Shown here in pieces: positions 24,012 through 31,143 of a DNA stretch of 31,143 nt. This DNA comes from a virus. Taxonomy: Duplodnaviria > Caudoviricetes. The position numbers and the translations under genes are program-made. Location of the stretch: the IMG/VR virus record IMGVR_UViG_3300031949_000132, positions 1 through 31,143 of that record, one strand, 5' to 3'. The first letter of the stretch is position 1. Every line of letters begins with the position of its first letter. Below the pieces are notes generated by a model, which saw only the letters and a list, made by a program, of their open reading frames with translations, made no database searches and was not told where the DNA came from.

Positions 24012-24620
24012 TCAGAAGCTCGGAACTGCCGTCGTCGGCTCTGGAATGACAGGCGCCGAGGCGGTTCCTTCCAACTGCGGCTTGGCGTTAAGCTTCACCG
24101 CTTCTTGCATCTGGGACCAGTCCAGCAACACCTTAACGATAGTTCTCGCATCGGAAGGAAGCTTCCCAAGACAAAGCTTCAAAGCCTTCCACTGCTGCCG
24201 GGTGAACAAAAGGGAGTAGAGGTCCCAAGTCGTTCCAAACCAATTGTTGGCGATCGCCTCCTGGAAACCGTTCTTGACAACTTCCGAGGTGGAGATCCCA
24301 TTTGACCTCGCAACGTCTTCCATGACTTGGGTGACGTTCGGGTCGAGTTGGAGCATGATCGTTCCCGGGCTGACCTTGAATCTTTCCTGGACCGACCGTA
24401 TCAAGTCACGCTCGGAATTGATAGCTCCCGCATCGAGCAATGTGCAGAGTGCCAACATCGTTTGTTTTGAGACCCGTACACTCTCTTCGTCCGGGCCCGC
24501 CGCAGCCTCAATCGCCCGCTCAATTACTTGCGGGATCTCGCCAGGGTACTTCTCGCGGAGCTTCAGGATTGTGCTCCTTGGAATTTCTACCGTCATTTTC
24601 AGGATCGCTTCATCACTCAT
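24012..24620 (-). CDS. Hypothetical protein (202 aa), possible tandem ribbon-helix-helix DNA-binding protein
   Basis: GAGGT SD; 'IMLQLDPNVTQVMEDVARSNGISTSEVVKNGFQEAI' is RHH-like, with three more strand-helix-helix-like segments. Confidence 0.6.
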   Translation of the reverse strand: MSDEAILKMTVEIPRSTILKLREKYPGEIPQVIERAIEAAAGPDEESVRVSKQTMLALCTLLDAGAINSERDLIRSVQERFKVSPGTIMLQLDPNVTQVMEDVARSNGISTSEVVKNGFQEAIANNWFGTTWDLYSLLFTRQQWKALKLCLGKLPSDARTIVKVLLDWSQMQEAVKLNAKPQLEGTASAPVIPEPTTAVPSF

Positions 24621-24647
24621 TGGAACCTCACTGTCGGGATTCTATCA

Positions 24648-27600
24648 TCAAAGCTCGTCAAACTTCCGAATGTCGAAATTCTTTCCCTTCGGTACTTCCT
24701 CCGCAAGAGGAATTATTGAAGCTCCCTTTATCGTCCCAGGAGCCCCTTGGTCCTTGGCAATCTTCTTTTCCGCCTGTTTGATAATGCCATTGCATTTCGG
24801 ACACTTTATACCGCGGGGGTCGTCTGAGTCAAACGTATGCCCTTTTACACAGGTAACAACCCAGAAGCTACTTCGTGGGAGCGCGGTGTACCCGGTTGGG
24901 ATGTCGAACCGGCCGGTCTTGGGGTCAGTGTCACTTTCATGCGCCGCATAGATGGCATAGAGGGCCGCGCTCACGGCGTCGTCGTACTGGCCTTGGAGAG
25001 CCCGAGCCTGAGACTCGTCTTCATCTTTAACGAAGAAAGGAGCTTCCTCGAGGAACCGCGGCGACCGGATCTCCCAAATCCCACGGCGAAGCCAACGAAT
25101 CGCCCATGTAATCATCGTGCGCTTCGTCTTATAGTTTGGCCAGACTCCCGCTTTGATCGACATGGTGTTTCGCACGTTGTCGAGATGCTTCCAGCGGTAG
25201 ATGTTGGGATATTGGAACTGGTTCATCAAGATCGCCTGAGTTCCATATCCAGGCCCGTAGGCGTCGATTGCAGCCAGCGCCTCGTTATAGGCTTTCCCGA
25301 TGATGTAGCAGACTCGCGCAAATTCCACGCCGTCAATGTGGCCGTGCCATTCACAAACCTGGGTGTCTGGGATTTCCCATCCGTGACCAATGCGAATCAG
25401 GTGGATGCAGGAGTAGTCGCCCATTTCCAAACCCTCGGCGACGTCAATGCCCATCACGTACTTCGCGCCGTCCCGAGGTAGTTCCCAGATCTGGCAAGGA
25501 TATTCTTCGAATAGATTCTTGGCGCCCTTTCCGTGCCAGTGGTCATCTTTGCAGATGTCACACCGAATCGCAGAGTGCCACTGGAACGTATCATCGAAGT
25601 ACCCGCGCTTCCCCGGCTTGCAGGTGTGTTTAAGACGCTGCATCACGTCATCCGGAAATACCGAAATTCCCGAATGTTGAAATCCTTCCTCCGGCGTGAT
25701 GCAGTTATGGATCGTCAAACCGTTTCCGCAGAATCTATGGCTCTGGTCAACACTTAAGTCAAATACAGGATGCTCTCCGGCGGGCTCCACTCCCTCTACG
25801 GCATCTGAGTCCGCACGGTAAATGTTCTTCCGAAGCGGTCCTCTAGTACAAGCAGAGGTTCGCTTGCGCTGGCTGATGAAGCCTATTCGCTGGTAAAACT
25901 CCTTTGCACCTTCGCATGTGATGTAAAGATATCGCCCAGTGTATAGCGTCCCGTTTCCAGCTCGTTTGTCGCCTGTCCGAATATCTGAATTGATTCCGAA
26001 TCCGAGGAGAAGGAGCTGAACGTCGCGACAGAATTCTTCATGCTTACTGAAGAAGGCAATTTTGGGAGTATCTCGGTAGGCGTGGGCATCGCACTCAAAC
26101 AGGGCAGAAATAAACTCCTTTACGACGGATTGTGGAGACCTCCAAATGCAGTCTGGGACACAGACTTTTCTTTTCCATCCCCATTGGTTGTTGTGCCACT
26201 GCTCAACTGCGCCTAATTCCCTTAGCAGATGGCGCCATTTCTTGTTGTTGGACACCACCAAAGATAATCCACGCCGAGTCTCGGTGTAGCAATCCGTCCC
26301 TATCGCCATCTTGAGTTTACTGCTTACGTCCTCCACGATATCTTGATCTTGACCGTCACACGCGATATTGATACCGGCCCCCGTAAGACACCCGTCTCCC
26401 ATGAAATACCCGAGTACCCCTCCTACTGTTTCGGTAATTAATACGGAGTGGTGCTCAATGGGAGGGTCATTCCATTCGATTTTTGTGTACTCTGAGGCAA
26501 AACGAGGCGGAGTCAGAAGTAAGCGGTCTCCCTTGCTCAGGGAACCTGCTTCTTTCCACTGTCCGCCTTCAAGTTTAAGAAGTTGATCTGGGGTACATTG
26601 CAGGTGGCGCCCACAGCGTGTCTCCACCCTGAGCGTCGGCCTGACACCCTGCGGAATCCACTTTGTAATGGTCCCGGATTCTGAAAAACTTCCGACGTTC
26701 TCCTTGATGCCTATGGGCAAAATTCCAAACTCAGTGGAAACCCTCGTCCCGCCCACAACGCACATTTCCTGGAAGAACAGTTTGAGTTCCTCGTCGCCAA
26801 TATCCTCCGCGGCCTTCTTCTTGCGCTGGTACCAGTGGAGTTGAGCATCCGTCAACATGATCGGCTCGTGGTTAGTAGACCCGCAGCGGAAGCAACCGTC
26901 GGGCTCTCCCCATCGCATCGGAAGAGGAGTCCCACACTCCTTGCACTCGTGCCACTCCTTTGAAAATTCCTCGCGGATAGCGACCATTTCCTTGTCGGCT
27001 TGCCAGTCAGAAGGCGGAGTCTTTTTACGGTTTTTCTCAAAGAAGGCCGGAACAAAGAACGGGAAGTATTCTGCCTCGTAACCGGCCTTGTCAAAGGTAT
27101 GCCACATATCGTACCAGTAGCCGCCAATGCCCTTCGGTTTCGACTCGAGAGCGGCGAAGCACCCTGGCTGTTCAACAAGAGCGTATTTAGAATCTCCCTC
27201 AAGAATCTCAAGTGCTCGGCCTTCCGGCATCCACGAACTGATCTCCGAACCATGCAGGCCGTGAATCGGCTTGCCTTGCATGAAGGATGAGAGCTTGTTG
27301 CATCCGTTGGCAATGATCCAGTTATTGAGTCCGGGCTTGACGCTACGCTCAAAGGGGTCCCGGTTCTCGAGGATCATTGCCTCCTTAAATTCTCGAGACG
27401 CCTCCATTGGTTTCATCCACCAGGGGACGTGGTCATGGACGTACTGCGTGATCTTGAAAAGGTGCTCAGCCTGTTTTGGGTCTTGAGCGATGATGGCGCA
27501 AATTTGGTTATCGAAGAAAAGGGTCTTCCATGACATCAAGGCGCCTTCGACAACAGTGGAAAGTCCAATCTGGCGAGCCTTGTGACAGATTATCCACGCC

Positions 27601-27935
27601 GGCAAACCTTGCTGCCAAAGGTTAAGAACTACAGATAGGAAAAGTTCTTGAGTGGGCCACAACCGGAATAACGTCGGCTTCGCTTCTTTGGTCTGCCCGA
27701 GCCAGAAGTAGTTGTAGCAGGCATACCGAATGTCGCGCGCACACTTCTCAATTTCTCCGGTTATCCATTGGAGTTCGGAACTCGCGAGGGCTTCCCACGG
27801 GTCAGCGTCGCGGTCCTCGTATAACACCTGCTCGCGGAGATTGTCGAGTTCCGCGATCGCCTCAGAAATCTCCGTTGACCGCGGAATATAGACCGACGTG
27901 TCAGCGTGTTTTGGTACCCAGATTGTTGCGCCCAT
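24648..27935 (-). CDS. terL: Terminase large subunit (1095-aa precursor, 742 aa after intein removal)
   Basis: Walker A 'HKARQIGLST', Walker B 'LHGSEIS', coupling motif 'LESKPKG', nuclease 'YVMGIDVAEG...DYS' and 'YDDAVSA'. Confidence 0.95.
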   Translation of the reverse strand: MGATIWVPKHADTSVYIPRSTEISEAIAELDNLREQVLYEDRDADPWEALASSELQWITGEIEKCARDIRYACYNYFWLGQTKEAKPTLFRLWPTQELFLSVVLNLWQQGLPAWIICHKARQIGLSTVVEGALMSWKTLFFDNQICAIIAQDPKQAEHLFKITQYVHDHVPWWMKPMEASREFKEAMILENRDPFERSVKPGLNNWIIANGCNKLSSFMQGKPIHGLHGSEISSWMPEGRALEILEGDSKYALVEQPGCFAALESKPKGIGGYWYDMWHTFDKAGYEAEYFPFFVPAFFEKNRKKTPPSDWQADKEMVAIREEFSKEWHECKECGTPLPMRWGEPDGCFRCGSTNHEPIMLTDAQLHWYQRKKKAAEDIGDEELKLFFQEMCVVGGTRVSTEFGILPIGIKENVGSFSESGTITKWIPQGVRPTLRVETRCGRHLQCTPDQLLKLEGGQWKEAGSLSKGDRLLLTPPRFASEYTKIEWNDPPIEHHSVLITETVGGVLGYFMGDGCLTGAGINIACDGQDQDIVEDVSSKLKMAIGTDCYTETRRGLSLVVSNNKKWRHLLRELGAVEQWHNNQWGWKRKVCVPDCIWRSPQSVVKEFISALFECDAHAYRDTPKIAFFSKHEEFCRDVQLLLLGFGINSDIRTGDKRAGNGTLYTGRYLYITCEGAKEFYQRIGFISQRKRTSACTRGPLRKNIYRADSDAVEGVEPAGEHPVFDLSVDQSHRFCGNGLTIHNCITPEEGFQHSGISVFPDDVMQRLKHTCKPGKRGYFDDTFQWHSAIRCDICKDDHWHGKGAKNLFEEYPCQIWELPRDGAKYVMGIDVAEGLEMGDYSCIHLIRIGHGWEIPDTQVCEWHGHIDGVEFARVCYIIGKAYNEALAAIDAYGPGYGTQAILMNQFQYPNIYRWKHLDNVRNTMSIKAGVWPNYKTKRTMITWAIRWLRRGIWEIRSPRFLEEAPFFVKDEDESQARALQGQYDDAVSAALYAIYAAHESDTDPKTGRFDIPTGYTALPRSSFWVVTCVKGHTFDSDDPRGIKCPKCNGIIKQAEKKIAKDQGAPGTIKGASIIPLAEEVPKGKNFDIRKFDEL
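25704..26762 (-). mobile_element. Intein (353 aa) with LAGLIDADG endonuclease in TerL
   Basis: Block A CVVGGTRV, block B 'LQCTPDQ', LAGLIDADG blocks 'LGYFMGDG' and 'FISALFECDA', blocks F/G 'VFDLSV...HRF..NGLTIHN|C'. Splicing restores FFQEM-CITPEEGF. Confidence 0.95.
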
Positions 27936-28642
27936 CAGGTCTCAGCTTCAGCATCTTCTTCATTCTCCTCGCTGGTTACAGCCACTTCGACCGTTTGGGA
28001 TTGTTCAGAGTCGATCCGGGCTCGGGAATCGCGCAAAATCTTCTCAAAGTAAGGCGATTGCCGATGTGCGGGCAGGAGCTTCTTCTCTTGGCCGCTTCCA
28101 GGAAAATTGAACTGGGCAGCCAACGCGGGCCCCTTGCCGCCTTGCGGAAGCAGGTGAAACACTTGCGATGAAAGCTTGATCATCTCGGGGTCTCCACTCT
28201 CAACCCCTTCGAGCATTTTCTGTATGGTTGCTGGAACGGCGACCGGAGCGTATATCAGCTTTGCCCGATCTAGCCACTTCACTAATGAGCCGTCGATCGG
28301 TTTCGTGATTGACCTGGCGAGAGCTTTTACCTTTCGAACCAAGGCAGAGGTCGGACGCGAGGCCGGAGACTTCGCGTAAGCCTGTTGCTCTGAAACGATA
28401 TACGGGAACTGTTCCTTGATTTTATCCGGTACTTCTCCGCGGCGAATCGCTGCGCAGACCGCCCGAATCGAGTTCGCGATCGTCGCGATCTTCAACTTGG
28501 GGTAGATCTCTCGTACATCATTCATGCCCCCCCCGCCAAAAGCGATTATCGCGATGTCAATTTGACGGTCGTCGGGCGGGGTCGTCGAGCTGTAATGCTT
28601 CTCGCGTAGAATGTTCGTGCAGAAGTACTGCGGATCTGGCAT
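27935..28642 (-). CDS. Putative terminase small subunit (235 aa)
   Basis: TGATG coupling to TerL, helical with acidic tail; function inferred from position only. Confidence 0.5.
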   Translation of the reverse strand: MPDPQYFCTNILREKHYSSTTPPDDRQIDIAIIAFGGGGMNDVREIYPKLKIATIANSIRAVCAAIRRGEVPDKIKEQFPYIVSEQQAYAKSPASRPTSALVRKVKALARSITKPIDGSLVKWLDRAKLIYAPVAVPATIQKMLEGVESGDPEMIKLSSQVFHLLPQGGKGPALAAQFNFPGSGQEKKLLPAHRQSPYFEKILRDSRARIDSEQSQTVEVAVTSEENEEDAEAET

Positions 28643-29500
28643 CTACACACCGAACTTTGAACCTGGGTCAAGCCTTTCCTGGAGTGAAGTGACCGGGCTC
28701 CCATCGGGAGCGACCAAGAGAGAGTCTGGAGGCGCCATGCCAGCCGGGTTCCTTACATTTTTCAGCATCCCCGGGCACCCACAATCCCCGTCGGAACTAC
28801 CACACTCCCCGCACACCGTCCTTAAACGTGACCGACCACGGTTCATCGTAACCACTGGCGCCACTCGGGTAGGTTTGGGATTGTTGACCTTTAGGTCGGC
28901 ATCGACTGAAATGTAGATAGCGGCAAGGACTTCCTTGGGGTCGGGAAATCCGTTCGTGCAAAAGAAGTTCCTCTCGGCGTAGAAAAACCCAAACTCGCTC
29001 TTCGTCCCAGTGCCCTCTGAGTAGATGAGCTTCACGACTCCCACATTCCCAACCCCTCCGGCGCCGGGGAGTTCAGTGCGTTCGACTTTTCGCTTCAACC
29101 TTTTCCCATCGGCAAGTTGTATTTCTAGCGGGAACTTTTCATTGACGAAAGCATGAAGCTCGTCGGGATCAACCGGCTTCGCCTCGGGCATGATGATCCT
29201 TTGCGGCCGGACCTCCTTCGGCTTCGCCAAAACCTCAGCAGACTCTTCCTCAGTCGGAATGATGACAGCCGGCACCGCCATTTGTGCATTTACTGCACTC
29301 AGCTCAATCTGTACGAGGATGTCCCCAGACTTCCAGCCGCACTGTTTGCAAGTGAAACTGTAGATGGAGTACCCGTCGAGCTTGGAATGAAGGCGCGAGG
29401 ACTTTTCGAGGGGGACGTCGGGACGGTCGGCAACATTTCGACACATGGGGCATTCGAGAGTTCCCGCTACCGCCCACCAGGGCGCTTCTTGAATCGGCAC
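28643..29500 (-). CDS. Cys-rich (Zn-finger) hypothetical protein (285 aa)
   Basis: Start moved to GTG 29500, 1 nt after the upstream stop; CPMC...CKQC near the N-terminus and CGEC...CGC near the C-terminus. Confidence 0.7.
   Translation of the reverse strand: MPIQEAPWWAVAGTLECPMCRNVADRPDVPLEKSSRLHSKLDGYSIYSFTCKQCGWKSGDILVQIELSAVNAQMAVPAVIIPTEEESAEVLAKPKEVRPQRIIMPEAKPVDPDELHAFVNEKFPLEIQLADGKRLKRKVERTELPGAGGVGNVGVVKLIYSEGTGTKSEFGFFYAERNFFCTNGFPDPKEVLAAIYISVDADLKVNNPKPTRVAPVVTMNRGRSRLRTVCGECGSSDGDCGCPGMLKNVRNPAGMAPPDSLLVAPDGSPVTSLQERLDPGSKFGV
29281..29298 (-). promoter_or_regulatory. Quasi-palindromic motif copy 6, GTGCAGTAAATGCACAAA
   Basis: Exact 18-bp repeat inside a CDS (codons SAVNAQM). 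Confidence 0.65.
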
Positions 29501-29501
29501 G

Positions 29502-29963
29502 CTACACCGTCCCCACGTTCTTCCCGACCTCCGCCAGATTCGGCATTTCAGTACTCCCGCCTCTTTCCTTCCGGCGCCGCTCCGCAGCCATCTCTTCAGA
29601 CTCGTTTGTCGGGCTGATCCTCTGAACCCGCTCGCGTGGCTTGACGAGCATCCCCTCAAATTCGTCGATCGTGCCAACTAGGTCCCTGATGGCCTTTTCG
29701 ACGGCCTTGAGAATCTTAATCTCCCCTTCCTGGAGGTCGTGCAGCTCAGAGCTGACGCTCTCAATCTTGGCTAGGGTTTCAGGTAAAGAGGCTATCGCCT
29801 TTCTGGTCAGCTCGAGAGACTCGGCGATCGATGCGACGGACTTCGCGAGCTGCCGTGTCGTCCAGATAGCGGCTCCGGCGACAGCCGCGAGCACAAGAAT
29901 CGAAACGATGTAGGTGATGATGGCACCAACTTGGATAGCGGCATACCAAGGACTCGGGTTCAT
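29502..29963 (-). CDS. Membrane-anchored coiled-coil protein (153 aa)
   Basis: N-terminal hydrophobic helix then heptad repeats; ATGA overlap. Confidence 0.75.
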   Translation of the reverse strand: MNPSPWYAAIQVGAIITYIVSILVLAAVAGAAIWTTRQLAKSVASIAESLELTRKAIASLPETLAKIESVSSELHDLQEGEIKILKAVEKAIRDLVGTIDEFEGMLVKPRERVQRISPTNESEEMAAERRRKERGGSTEMPNLAEVGKNVGTV

Positions 29964-30325
29964 GGGATGAAAGGCTCCTTCGATGGGATTATGGCCTCTT
30001 TTGGAGGGTTGTCAAGCGGCAGGGAGTCTCGCAAGGGGTAGTGCCATCCCGTAAGCAAGTGATGCACCTGCTGCAAAGCTCGATGAGTCGTCCTAGTTAT
30101 GTCAAAGCGTCCGATTTGTCCGAGAAAACTTATAGCCGCCTGAATCCCTGAAATAGCCTCGTGGATGTGGACGAGGTAGTTTAGGATCTCGGCGAAGGCT
30201 TGTGCAGTACTGCACTCGACGCGGATGATGCCGACGACCGGCGCCAGAGGAACTGTCCCCTCGACGCGAACCGTGGCTTCGAGTTTCGTCCTGGATTCGA
30301 GGGTAAGTTTTGAAGGCGTCGGCAT
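29960..30325 (-). CDS. Hypothetical protein (121 aa)
   Basis: Fills the gap co-directionally; stop overlaps the next start. Confidence 0.55.
   Translation of the reverse strand: MPTPSKLTLESRTKLEATVRVEGTVPLAPVVGIIRVECSTAQAFAEILNYLVHIHEAISGIQAAISFLGQIGRFDITRTTHRALQQVHHLLTGWHYPLRDSLPLDNPPKEAIIPSKEPFIP
30200..30215 (-). promoter_or_regulatory. Quasi-palindromic motif copy 7, GTGCAGTACTGCACAA
   Basis: With flanks, 17/18 identical to copy 3 (GAGTGCAGwACTGCACAA). Confidence 0.55.
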
Positions 30326-30406
30326 TATCGGAATTTCGGGGAGCCGCCCGCTCCAAAGGAGACGGTAGGACGCGCTTACGCGCGGCGGAACAGACGGCCC
30401 CCGAAC

Positions 30407-30895
30407 TTATTCGGCGAGGCGCCACTCTTTTTTGTCGCGCTTCACCTTGACCGGTTGCATTTCTTCTTCCTCGCGCTCTCCGGTCTTTACCTGCCTAAGT
30501 TTTACTACAGATACACGATAGAGACCAAAGAAGTGTTCTAGCGTGGGAGCATCGTCATCCTTAATATAGACCCACAGAGATCCCGGCACACATACAATCC
30601 CCGCCTGTTTGTCGGCTTCCTTCAAATGACAGGCATCGTATGGCTTCCCGTTCAGCCAATTCACTGCATCGTCGATGGTGTAGAACCACTTGTGGCGCTC
30701 CTCCAAATTATAAATGTCATTACAAGAAGGATTCTGGGAAGGGCAGTTTATCAGGTGACTTCTGTACGGATCAAGCACTGCCACTTGGTAGATTGCCAGA
30801 AATCCTGGCTTCCGATTCGTGAGTCCCTTGTCCTCTCCGCAAAGCAGTACCGCAGAACATAACATGATGGCGAGAGTAAGTATTGCCCGTTTCAT
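30407..30895 (-). CDS. Exported hypothetical protein (162 aa) with two Cys pairs
   Basis: GGAGGAG SD before ATG 30895: MKRAILTLAIMLCSAVLLCG|E signal-like N-terminus. Confidence 0.72.
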   Translation of the reverse strand: MKRAILTLAIMLCSAVLLCGEDKGLTNRKPGFLAIYQVAVLDPYRSHLINCPSQNPSCNDIYNLEERHKWFYTIDDAVNWLNGKPYDACHLKEADKQAGIVCVPGSLWVYIKDDDAPTLEHFFGLYRVSVVKLRQVKTGEREEEEMQPVKVKRDKKEWRLAE

Positions 30896-30912
30896 CTTCG
30901 CTCCTCCGTTTT

Positions 30913-31143
30913 CTATCGTGACGTTCTGAACAGACGTCCCCCGTCCCGTTGAGCGACCATCGCGTTCCGTCGCTCGATTCTGACGCACTTGCGAATCTTC
31001 GCCATGACGATGCTGCGGACGACGGTAGGCATATGGTTGATGATTGTCTTGCCGGCAAGGTGGTCGAGTTCGTGCTGGACGGCGCGCGCCAGGAGCCCTT
31101 CAATAGTCTCCTCAACCTCTTTCCAGTCACCGTCGAAATATCG
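30913..31143 (-). CDS. def: Peptide deformylase, C-terminal part (5' end outside the window)
   Basis: Not in the ORF track. Frame from 31143 reads RYFDGDWKEVEETIEGLLARAVQHELDHLAGKTIINHM..., containing PDF motif 3 (QHExDHLxG) in its usual context. Confidence 0.88.
   Translation of the reverse strand, partial: RYFDGDWKEVEETIEGLLARAVQHELDHLAGKTIINHMPTVVRSIVMAKIRKCVRIERRNAMVAQRDGGRLFRTSR

Noticed and set aside
3013-29677. Longest-ORF starts at 3087, 5430, 10209, 13458, 15237, 16144 and 29677
   Set aside because: Each overlaps the upstream gene or motif; downstream starts have SDs or stop-start coupling and mostly expose clean signal peptides.
2949-30215. CRISPR array or att sites from the repeated 16-18-bp motif
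   Set aside because: Copies are kilobases apart without regular spacers, there are seven of them, and no cas or integrase gene is visible.
30335-30405. tRNA or hammerhead ribozyme
   Set aside because: No cloverleaf with T-loop and anticodon arm; no CUGANGA/GAAA core.
30771-31130. 119-aa ORF from the track
   Set aside because: A different frame over the same bases encodes the peptide deformylase motif.
1-31143. Stop-codon reassignment
   Set aside because: TAA, TAG and TGA all end genes at tight junctions and conserved genes are intact in code 11.
1-31143. Firm host assignment (Acidobacteriota suspected from protein style and He_PIG repeats)
   Set aside because: Impression only; no marker gene in the window supports it.

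Overview
The window is the packaging and virion-morphogenesis region of a tailed dsDNA phage or prophage, with every credible gene on the minus strand and tightly coupled (ATGA/TAATG overlaps). In transcription order (right to left): 3' end of a peptide deformylase, several hypothetical proteins, a putative TerS, TerL carrying a 353-aa LAGLIDADG intein, a possible tandem-RHH protein, an FmdB-type Zn ribbon, portal, a cluster of tiny Arg/Lys-rich peptides, scaffold, major capsid, a decoration protein, KTSC, head-tail adaptor 1, a free-standing LAGLIDADG endonuclease, about 15 kb of fibre/spike/lectin-like genes, and a second adaptor-like gene cut by the left edge. No tape measure, sheath or tube gene is visible, so it looks podovirus-like. 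The main oddity is that 10 of the 13 genes in the fibre/spike block start with export signal peptides (9 Sec-type, 1 Tat-type) and carry paired cysteines, although several have virion-attachment-type domains. This suggests virion appendages that are folded outside the cytoplasm. Other notable signals: seven copies of a quasi-palindrome GTGCAG-N3/4-TGCACAA; a homing endonuclease ending in the same peptide (GLVTGSxI) as the gene upstream but with every codon different; a probable ACG start codon; and two unannotated protamine-like micro-ORFs. All family assignments are from motif recognition by eye; no database search was run.
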